This document shows positions 27,901-38,231 of a stretch of DNA of 64,000 nucleotides, piece by piece. The position numbers and the translations under genes were made by a program. The DNA comes from Lytechinus pictus (Eukaryota): positions 19,902,001 to 19,966,000 of the forward strand of contig NC_087256.1 of the NCBI RefSeq assembly GCF_037042905.1, written 5' to 3'. Position 1 is the stretch's first letter, and every line of letters begins with the position of its first letter. The notes beneath the pieces were generated by a model, which was given only the letters and a program-made list of their open reading frames with translations, did no database searches and was not told the origin of the DNA.

Positions 27901-30900
27901 AAAATTTAGACAAGCAAACAAAAAAAGGTTTCAACCACAAATAAAGGATTTCTTAGCACACACAAAAAATTGACAAAAAAAAAGGTATTCAACCACAAAT
28001 AAAGGATTTCTTAGCAAAAAAAAAATTTGACAGGCAAAAAAAAAAAAAAAGGGTCTTCACGTTCTCGTCAGGGGGGCAGGGATACATCCCCTGCATGTGT
28101 TGTGACTCGTCAGGGGGCAGTCTGCCCCCCTGCCCCCCCCCCCCCTTAGGTACGCTAGTGGGGTGATCATTATGAGTAATCACTTAATCCCGGGACTTAA
28201 TCAAGCTCTATTTATACATAAATTATATAATACATAACGCCCATTGAACGACCACCACCGAGTGCTTCTATCCGAACAACAAACCCTTGTTAATATTGAG
28301 TACTGTTAATGAACACTCAAGTTATTTAAAATTGTGACATTCTTATCTGATATCTTGTCTTAATGAGTCTTTTTTTGCTGTTATACAGGTCTTGATCCTG
28401 CCGGTCCGTATTTCCGTGACGAAGGTTTCGATTTCCGCAATAACGGACCGCAGTGTCGACTTGATCCGACGGACGCCCTATTTGTAGACGTCATCCACAC
28501 AGATGCCAACGACATCACAGGAGCAGGTCAAATGTTACAGGTAATACCTTGGTCACATTTGCTCTACGGCGGCCGTACGGCGAGTCGAAAACAGCCGTTT
28601 TATTAATTTTAATTCAAACCACCTATATATACACTGTTGGTCATAAAGGTGGAATATTTTTTTTCACAAAATGTTCACAGCGTAATTATTACAACATGAT
28701 TTGAATATGGCATTTATGGTGCATGATAACCACTTTACTTTATTATTATGCCTTTCACACACGTTTGACAGGGATTTTTACAAGTTTATGTCCTAAGCGA
28801 TGGATGTCATGAGCATAGAACAACAATGACGACAATATACAGTAAATTGAAGGATCATGATATATTTATTTTCAATCTCTCTCAGTTTTCCAGATGACTT
28901 CTTTTTGTGATTTCATGAACAAATTTGCATAAAACTTGAGTCATTGTTCTTACTCAGTCACTAGTATCGGGTATGTCCACCCCTGACACGAACCAGCGTA
29001 TGCAGACGTCGTGGCATGCTGTCCACTAGCTTGTTGAAGACGTCAACAGGCATAGCGTCCCATTCTTCCCTCAGAGCATCTGCCAACTCCTGCAGATTTT
29101 GAGGAATGACCTCTCTGTCGTTGATGGCTCGGCCTAGGGCATCCCATGCATGATCTATGGGGTTCATATCCGGCGAACAAGCTGGCTATGGCAACTGTAC
29201 GACGCCCTCTGCCTCCAGGAATTCCCTTACTGCAGCGGCCCTGTGCGGTCTAGCGTTGTCATCCTGCAGTCGGAAATTGTGCCCATACACTCGTCTTGCA
29301 TATGAAAGACAGTGGAACTCCAAGATATCCCTGTAGGCGGCGGCGTTCAGGTTTCCGTCCGGAACCACCAGTGGCGTTTTCCCTCCATAATGGATGCCGG
29401 CCCATATCATCACTAAGCCGTCTCCGCCTAGAGTCGTCTCGTGGATACATTCATCGCGAAGGTTTTCCCCGGCTAATCGACGAACTCGTTGTCTCCCATC
29501 CTTTCGGTCAAGGATGAACCGGCTCTCTTCCGTGAAGGCCACATGTTGCCAATGTCCTGGATGAAGCCTTCTGTGCTCCCTAGCCCAAAGAAGACGAGCT
29601 ACTCTGTGGCGAACAGACAGGCGTGGACATTTGGTCAACCGTCGTGCTCGGTAACCACGTTGGAGCAATATGGGATTAACGGTTGACCGGGAAACGTTGA
29701 TCCCATGATATCTCCTCCATAAGCGACGAAGACGGCTTGTTGGCAATTTCCGGTTTCTGCGGCTGAAATTCAACAGTTGGCGATCATCTCTTCTTGTGGT
29801 CAATCTGGGACGTCCTGGAGATTTCCGTGGCCGCTCAATCCCCGCCTCACGTTGACGTTTTAGGATCTTAGAGACTGCACTCTGTGATATCCCTAGGACT
29901 TCTGCGATATCAGTTTGCTTGTAGCCCTCCTGTCGCAGTGCTACCACTCTCTCGCGTGTTGCTGTTGCCGTTGGACCAGGCATAGTCCAGGGAACGTCTC
30001 TACCGATTTTTATTTCAAACGGTACAAGGAACTCGAAAAAATGCAACCTTCTTATACACATTGCTATATAAGGGAAAGGGACATAATATCATATGCATAG
30101 GCTTTTATAGTCTACAACAAAAGAATTTATTACGTAATCCAAATTTTTCATGTTATAATGTCACCTGTGTAATGGGGAAACATTATGTAATCACTCAATT
30201 ACTATTTTGTCTACGCGTAGCCTTTCAAATACCAACAAAATTGTCGATTTTTATTCAAAAATATTTTATTTCCACCTTTATGACCAACAGTGTAGTTGGA
30301 CAAAAAAATGTTATAACGGCTGTTCTCGACTCGCCGTACGGCCGCCGTAGAACAAATGTGACCAAGGTATAAGACTGTTATCGGAGCTAGCAGGGTGTGG
30401 ATCATTTAACTGTTTAAACCAACTAGTTTAGTGACGAGATTTTAGTTTAACTAGAAATAAAACACATTCATTTCTGACTAGAATGAAATTACAGTGAAAA
30501 TATAATATGTAATATTTTACAAAGTTGACCCCCAAATTCATAATAATTAGCTATTTCAGCAATGATCCTTGATAAAAGGAATACAGCACACAAGCACAAC
30601 TTTTTTTCACTCTTCGGAAGTTTTATTTCTTATATTATGACAGTAAAATAGACTTATCTCTTAATAGAAACTTTAGAATATTTTTTTTCTATACGTTAAC
30701 AGGGGAAGTCCTTTTTTTAAGAGAACAGTCTTTATTAGACACATTGCATAGTGTAACCTACATAGACATACTGTCATAAAAAAATCGCGCACTAACTCAT
30801 TCAATAAATACCTTTAGGCAACTTTCGCTTTCGTTCGCGCCTATATCCTCATGATTACCTGTTTTTATTTGCATGAATGTGGTAATCATTATCATCTCAA

Positions 30901-31495
30901 TAGAGTTATGGGAAATTTTTGCTCTTTAAAAACGTCATATTTGCGTTATCTGCTTAAAATATAGCCATATATGGTGCATTATTTTCGATTAATAGGCCAG
31001 AATGAGACTCTCTCAGAACAGTCCTCATTAGAAATAAATGACTAACAATCACACCAAATCATACATTCCTAAAAATATATACCTTATCATTATGTTCGTC
31101 TTGCGTACAAAAGTTTCAATTTTGATGACACTTTTTTTTTCCATTTTACACGTGGACTCGTCACACATTTACATATGTTATCTTTGCAGCTTGGCCATCA
31201 AGATTTCTACCCAAATGGAGGACGCAGGCAGCCCGGGTGCGACGGCCCAGACTTGACATCCGGATGCAGCCATTCCTGGGCATGGAGACTATTTACTGAT
31301 AGCATTCGATCCACAACTTGCGATTTTACCGCGTACCCCTGCCAGAATTGGGCTCTGTTCGTTGGCGGTAACTGCCGTGAGTGCGGTGACCGCGGTTGCG
31401 CAATCATGGGTTACCATGCCGACCAGAACACTGCAGTGACGGGCAAGTTCTACTTGACGACGAACGCAGAGATTCCATATTGCATACCTGAATAA
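21941..31495 (+). CDS. Lipase 3: secreted pancreatic lipase-related protein, 340 aa. Exons 21941-21992, 26094-26377, 27125-27353, 28389-28540, 31190-31495
   Basis: Signal MAFRRLLLIVLGVLSKQVLS; motifs EICYDDVGCF, HGY, VIGMSLGAQ, GLDPAGP, HTD, GHQDFYPNGG, CSH. Exon lengths 52+284+229+152+306=1023 nt; exons 2-5 have the same lengths as in paralog 4. Confidence 0.9.
22237..22730. repeat. ~494-bp near-perfect hairpin/palindromic MITE in intron 1 of lipase 3
   Basis: ACCGGCTGTTCATATACAACCG... is mirrored by ...CGGTTGTATATGAACAGCCGGT. Arms are ~235 bp with few mismatches; loop ~22 bp at ~22472-22494. Confidence 0.9.
27834..28160. mobile_element. hAT-type MITE (same family as 20681-21024) in intron 3 of lipase 3
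   Basis: Termini CACTGGCGTACCTA / TAGGTACGCTAGTG; TSD GGGCGATC / GGGTGATC. Confidence 0.85.
28632..30292 (-). mobile_element. Full-length Tc1/mariner element (1661 bp)
   Basis: Perfect 23-bp TIRs CACTGTTGGTCATAAAGGTGGAA, TA TSD on both sides, encodes a Tc1 transposase. Confidence 0.95.
28961..29983 (-). pseudogene. Tc1-family transposase, 340 codons, inactivated by premature TAG (W to stop) at 29186-29188
   Basis: HTH motif (IAEVLGISQSAVSKIL), GRPR, FTEESRF, QDDNARPH, LP*PACSPDMNPIDHAW and C-terminal GGHTRY. The two listed ORFs are in frame across the stop. Confidence 0.92.
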
Positions 31496-32905
31496 GTACC
31501 GTATTTTCGTAATAGATACCCATGATATTTTCAATCTAAGCATCCCCTCCTCATCTGTGCGCCGAATTGTCTAAAGAAAAAAAAACGCTTGTCATACTTG
31601 TGATTATATTCCATTGGAGGCGGAGCCATTGTATTTCGATAGACGGCAAGCGGATCGTGTTTCTCAATGAACTAGATGACTTAGAATAATGGTATAAGCC
31701 ACTAGTTCAACGACATAGTTCACTCCCTTTTATCCATTCCATTTTATTTTTATCACTTATATCAAAATAATATTGAAGGTCTTCCCTGTATATAAGAAGT
31801 ATATTAAATCATTTAGGCACCTAATGTACAAAATATGTAATATTTATGCTGAGATAGAAATTAATAGCCAGAGTGACAATATTTAATAGCGATTTCTGAA
31901 GGGTGTGCTCAAATAAATATGCTCCTCCTTGTTAATTTTTTCTTTTGCCTTGTCATTTATAATACCATCCTTTTTGACACACTTAATTGCGTATTTTATC
32001 ACTGAACGGGTGATGCGAGGTGATCAAACTAACTATACGGTCATGACGGTAGTTTGATTATTAACGAACGGTGCACATAGCATATTGCTTAATTTTAGTT
32101 CATAAATAAAGTGTTGTTTGTATCCACAAGTGCTTAGATCTGTCGATTGCTATGTTTATTAATGTAATGGACGATACAAGTCATCTGCGTGTGTGTGGGT
32201 GAGGAAGGGGTTGTGTGTGTGTACATTAACATAGGCCTGTGAATGTAAACAACATGTAAAAATTGAACTTTTACGAACAGTATTGTCTGCATAAGTGCAT
32301 TGAAGGCTATATTTAGTTCCATGCTTCAGCTTGTTTGTTTCTTTCTTTCCTTTTTAAATCATTTCTTTCTTCTTCTTTTTTTTTTTTTTTGGGGGGGGGT
32401 TGCAAACTCACGCCATGCTAAAATACCTGGTTATTTCCTTTCCCATTTGTCCCCAGCATCTCCCCCTTAATCTCTCCTCTGTTCCCTCCCCCCCCCCTCT
32501 CTCTCTCATATTTCATATTCTTAGCTCTTCCTTCATTTCTTAACCAAGTACAAGTTAACTATATGGAGCACTAGAACGAGAAAGGTCCTTATTAAGAAAG
32601 TAATGCCACTTCTTTAATCTCCACGCCTATATTCTATATCATCAACCCCATACCAAAATGTCCGTTTACTCCCAGTCCCCCCCCCCTCTCCCACAAACAC
32701 ACCCCCTCACATCCCCCACACACATATATTGAATATTTCTAAGGATTTATTCAACCAATAATAGTAGTTCCATACATAACTGTGGAGTGTAAATAATAAG
32801 GTACACACCCTCGAAAAGCCCCCATCCCACCTCTCTATCTACTTACCAAGTAGACTTTGTTCTACTCAAGGATTATGACGAGGTCCATTATCGCTTTATA
32901 CATGA

Positions 32906-32912
32906 TATAAAA
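32906..32912 (+). promoter_or_regulatory. Candidate TATA box of lipase 4
   Basis: TATAAAA ~140 bp upstream of ATG 33049. The AT-rich background weakens the call. Confidence 0.3.
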
Positions 32913-33048
32913 GTATGTAAAATAGGCACAGTTTTAAGCTTAGCATCAAACATATTTTAACATAACTGTACAAGAGGGTCATTACAAAACATCTTGAGTA
33001 ATTGCATATCTGTGAACATTTGGAAACATTTAGGCCTACTTCATTGCT

Positions 33049-35037
33049 ATGGATTTCATGTACCTAACATGCCTAATCTGGCTTAGTTTTGTTTCAAGAC
33101 AAGGTAAGTTATTGAAATTTTTAAGACGTGTTTTCTTGAATCTCGCTAATAATAATATTCATCAATTTGTACCAGTATTAATTATGACAAAGGTCATGAC
33201 ATTTGTTTGTTGGTAATGCCATTTTAAAGTGTGCTCTTTTTTAAACTCTTATTCACTTGCATTTTCTTTGGAATGCAATTATGTATATATCATTAGTCAA
33301 AACCTACGTATGTAGGTAGCATAATGATTTATTAAAAAATATATTACAGTGGTAATGTGACGAGTTATTTAGCAATGATGACGCGTGGAATTGTTTTTTT
33401 TAGCGAGAGAGTGGAATGTGCTTTAATAATTGGACTACAATTCATTTTTCTGCATTGAAAAACATGAAACACTTTCAGAAAAAAAATAGGTTTGTTATGT
33501 AATAAATGTATGGAATTGTCAACTATAAGTTAAAATTGCACAAAGTATCATAACTAGGCCTACTTAAAATATTATATCATTATTTAACCAACAGCTATGG
33601 TAGGTTAATAGATTTACCTAATAACTGATAACTGGATTTAGAAATCCTGAGAATACACGTGGGCATATAGGCCTACTCACTTTTCAATAGTAGAAAGTAA
33701 CAATTTGTCCTCTCTTTGTTTTGCGTCTTAATTTTAAAGTTTTATCCGAAGAAATTTGTTATGAGGAAGTCGGTTGTTTTACGGACGAAGATTGCCACTG
33801 GTTAGGTTTCCCACCAAACCAACCATCCGATATCAATACCCGGTTCTTCCTATATACCCGACGTAACCGGTTTGAACCGCAGGAGCTCCGACGCGGTGAT
33901 ATCGACGGCCTTCGAGCGTCGAACTTTGACCCGAGGAAGAAGACGGTCTTCTCTTCACACGGTTATACTTCGGATTCTTTCACGTCATGGGAGCTGGATA
34001 AAAAGAACGCCCTCCTCGAAGCGGTGGGTGTCTAATCATTCTTCCAATATTATGAAATGATAATATTCCAATTTTATAACAGAGCGACTTCTCTAAGCGC
34101 TTGATATAACATTACCTCTGTCATCTGATTATTGCTTGCCCGCACATAATGTATGCACTTTCTCCAGTCCCTGGGGAACATTCCATGATTCCAGCATTAA
34201 TTTCCAAACTTATGCACACTACACTAGCTTTCGCATCCCAAATCTAAAAGAGTTTTTTGAACCAATACTTAGAATAAAACAATAATACACATCAATTGAT
34301 CGCAAGGCCAAGTGGGCAAACTTACTTAATGGTTTATGGCCATAAAAGTGTTCAAATTGTAACATTCTTTAAAAAGATACAATATTCTACTGGCGAGTCA
34401 CAAAACACTCGGAATCCACATTCAACACACTTGTCAAGCAAGCTTTGGGCAAAGTTTCGAGTTGTGATTTTGAAATGTTTATAAGCCAGAAAATCATTAT
34501 GCCACAGATCTATTATCCATATAATTATTTGATTTTGTCTGTCTTATATCTTTCTTCCATCATCATTACCGGGCATCATCACCACCATCATCCTCCTCAT
34601 CATCATCTTCATCGTAATTTATATAATTTTCATCATTATCATCGTCGTCTTCGAATGCAGGAGGACTCAAACGTCATCTGCGTAGACTGGGGTGCGGGCG
34701 CCCTGGGTCTATACAGCAAATGTCATCAGAACACCCGGGTAGTTGGCCGAGAGGTCGGTTTGCTGGCCAGATTTCTCAACCTCGAGACCGGCATGTATTA
34801 CAAGGACGTTCATTTGGTCGGTATGAGTCTCGGAGCCCACGTCATGGGATACGCTGGCGAGTTTCAACCTGGTATTGGAAGAATAACAGGTATGCTGACA
34901 GAGTGTGTAGTTTCATTTTGCCTATTTACCTTGGACTTTGTATATTGATCAGTTGCAAGGCAAAATCGCTTACACATAATATAACTATATTGGAAATTGG
35001 CTTAGAGTGTCCAAAACACAGTGCCCCCCCCCCCCCC

Positions 35038-35068
<31 letters not shown>

Positions 35069-36503
35069 GATAAAAAATAAATAAATAAAAAATAAATAAA
35101 AAACATACACACAAAGACCTTGATAGGCTGACTTTACCTGTTTGTTTAATTCTTCTTTCAGGTCTCGACCCCGCAGGTCCTTATTTTCGCGATGAAGGTT
35201 TCGACTTCCGTAACAACGGACCCCAGTGTCGACTGGATCCGACGGACGCCATCTTTGTTGACGTCATTCATACAGATGCCAATGACATTACAGGACTCGG
35301 ACAGATGCAACAGGTCTGGGTCTTTTTTCTTGCTTTATGTGATTGTGTTTTAATAATAATAATACAAAAAGTTTTTTTCGTATACATAATAAACCGATTG
35401 TGACAATTTTGTTAATTGAAGATAAAAATTATTTTTTAATATCCCTCAACGAGACTGTAGGCATGAAATATCTTTGTGGATATGGGTTCACTTTCCGGCT
35501 CACTTTGTCAAACATTTATAGTTCTCGTTGACCAAAAAAACGGTCGACCAAATGGACCAATGGACACCTATCACAAATTTGACTAGCAAAACAAAAAAGA
35601 TAATAGAATATCAACTCCAAGAGCTTTTGACATTACAACCTTGTTATTATTCCTGACCTTTAACAATAACCTAATCATTGATCATCACCTCTTGACTAAA
35701 TTTTCCAAACTGTGTGGAGTTTTTTCCTCAATCTTAAACATTATTGGGACTGATTATTTATATTTTTCACCTATTAGATATTTATGATTTTATTCAGTAT
35801 GGACGATGGAAGTTGAATTGGTTATATTCAACTGAATTCAACTTGACGAACCAATTTCCCCTTCTTTTCATACAATTGTTATGTTTGATAAGTACCTTTG
35901 ATCTTGTCCATAATACCTAAGAAATATCTCAGTCTTGGTTTTCCACGCCCCCTCAGACGTCCCCCTCTCCATTGGCGGCGGAAGCCAAAAATTTAGGAAG
36001 GTCCACCTGAAATTTTGGGATGGACACAGGTAAAAAATTTGACAAGCAAAAAAAAAAGGTTATCACCCAAAAAATGTTAGGGGGGATCGTCCCCCATCTC
36101 AAATTTAGGGGGACAGGACCCCCCCCCCCCCCCGCTTCCGACGCCTATGCCCCTCTCCCACCAAATCTAATCATATTCCAATATATTATATTCATAGATG
36201 GGGCATCAAGACTTTTACCCTAATGGTGGACGAACCCAGCCCGGTTGTACCGAGTCAGACCTTCTCTCCGGTTGCAGTCACATGCGCGCTGTCGCTCTAT
36301 TCAGCGAGAGCGCGCGGTCAACCACCTGCAAATTTACCGCGTACCCGTGCGACAGCTGGAGAAACTTTACATCCGGTGGATGCGGTGATTGCGGAGAGAG
36401 CGGTTGCGCCGTGATGGGCTTCCTCGCTGACCAAAACACCGCAGTTAGCGGTAATTTTTACCTCCACACCGATTCGCAGTCGCCCTATTGTTTGCAAGAT
36501 TAA
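33049..36503 (+). CDS. Lipase 4: secreted pancreatic lipase-related protein, 341 aa. Exons 33049-33103, 33740-34023, 34661-34889, 35162-35313, 36198-36503
   Basis: Signal MDFMYLTCLIWLSFVSRQVLS; motifs [42 protein letters not shown]. 1026 nt in frame. Confidence 0.92.
35970..36149. mobile_element. hAT-type MITE in intron 4 of lipase 4
   Basis: Termini CATTGGCGGCGGAAGC / GCTTCCGACGCCTATG; 8-bp TSD CCCCTCTC. Confidence 0.8.
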
Positions 36504-37511
36504 CGGATGCATAGTCTTATTCTTGGGTTTCATTGTATATGAAAATAGCTATTTGCTTTCAAAATATCTGATGCAGAGATGTGCAATAGGTCATAGTTAT
36601 GATGTCATAATGACAGAGTATATTTTTTTGTTTAAATGTTTGTTGAAAATAGTAATCGTTTTACATAAATATAAATATCCCTTTAATGTCTACTAGTAGT
36701 AATAACACAATAAAGTTACTAGCGATTTGTCGTGGTACTAGCACAATGCTAACATTAATCATGTTCATTTGCTGAATTCTTAAATTAAGGGTGTATTCAG
36801 AGGTTCATGCACGTTCAGAAAATAGACATGAATCTATTCATTCACATTAATTTTGATTATAATTAGCAAGACATTTGTATGCCAATTTTACAACCTTATA
36901 AGATCATACGCAACTATATTTACTTTATATATATTTCAAAAATTTGATTGCAGTTTCTTTTGTCATTTTTGTAGTATTGTTGTATACCGTTTGCTGGTAA
37001 TAGAAACAATATTCTCCTAAATTTTCCGGTTGATAATGGGATATGAATATAGGAGACAAAAAATGCGAACTATGTAATATTGGGTAATGAAATAATTAGG
37101 TATTTTAGCCATGTATTTTTTGTTTGTTTCTGTAATCTCATAAAAATAGAATCTACAATACTAACAATAAAGAAAGATGCTAATCATAATAGTGGAATCA
37201 ATGCGATAGGGATGAAGAACTGAATGCGATGATTTGTGGGTGCCATGCACGATGAGATGGCGATAGAATAAATTGATGATAGTAGTGATGTCGGTATATA
37301 GTGATGATGTGGATGTGGAAGATTGTTGTGGTGATTCTGATGACGAATTGTAATATATTGCAGCAATAAGGGTTGAAGGGCATCGAATTATGTCACGTCA
37401 AGGCATAGCAATAACAATGAACAAAACTGAAGGCTGATGAGGGGTAGAAAATATATGTGCTATAATGGGATGTAGCAGGTAATAATTGTGGTGTTGGTGA
37501 TCATTCTGACT

Positions 37512-37535
37512 ATGATGATGATGATGATGAAATAT

Positions 37536-37566
<31 letters not shown>

Positions 37567-37800
37567 TGTGGTGGTGATGACGATGTTCGAGACGACGACG
37601 CTTATTACGATGACTCCGATACTAAATGGATGCATGGTGAAGATGATGAGGACGACGACGATGATATTGTTTACGACGTCGATTATGATGATGATGATGA
37701 TGATGACGACGATGTTCGAGACGACGACGCTTTTATTACGATGACTCCTATACTAAATGGATGCATGGTGAGGATGACGATGATGGCGACGAGGTTGGTG
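37512..37800. repeat. (GAT/GAC/GGT)n microsatellite region with a ~130-bp tandem duplication
   Basis: GATGTTCGAGACGACGACGC..TACTAAATGGATGCATGGTGA occurs twice. Confidence 0.8.
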
Positions 37801-38231
37801 TTGAAGACAATGATGAATTATTACTGAGCAATTCTGTAGAATCGAGATAGCGGTGAGGCAAGATACTCAGCCTCTTCAGTATTTAGAAATTTAGATAGCT
37901 GTCGGTCAAAGTTTTCATTTAAAGCATCTTGGTAATAAGAACTATAGACCTTATATTGATTTTGATTTCTAGCAGATTGGGATATTGAATTCTTATGTAT
38001 ACATATAGTAAAACTCAACAAAACGATACTAGTGTATGTCCCATAATTCAGAGGGATGATTTGACTAATTCTTATAGCAAAGATAAGATTTGATAATCTG
38101 ATTGTGGCCTGAATATAGCATCTGCACCAATTCTCATAACAAAAAATGATAAACAGTAGGTCGAGCTTTTGAAGGGTCATAGTATTTACAGTTTCATGAT
38201 TATACTCGAGCAAGCCCTGGACAAATCCATC

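Larger units (their letters stand above)
28545..30369. mobile_element. ~160-bp PIF/Harbinger-like MITE split by a Tc1 insertion
   Basis: ~55-bp TIRs TACCTTGGTCACATTTG(C/T)TCTACGGCGGCCGTACGGCGAGTCGA(A/G)AACAGCCGTT; TAA TSD at 28542-28544 and 30370-30372. Confidence 0.8.

Noticed and set aside
34560-34650. Poly-His stretch in frame upstream of lipase 4 exon 3
   Set aside because: (CAT)n intronic microsatellite; paralog alignment fixes the acceptor at 34660.
37535-37827. Poly-Met/poly-Asp ORFs resembling an acidic biomineral protein
   Set aside because: GAT microsatellite with a local duplication; no signal peptide or splice support.
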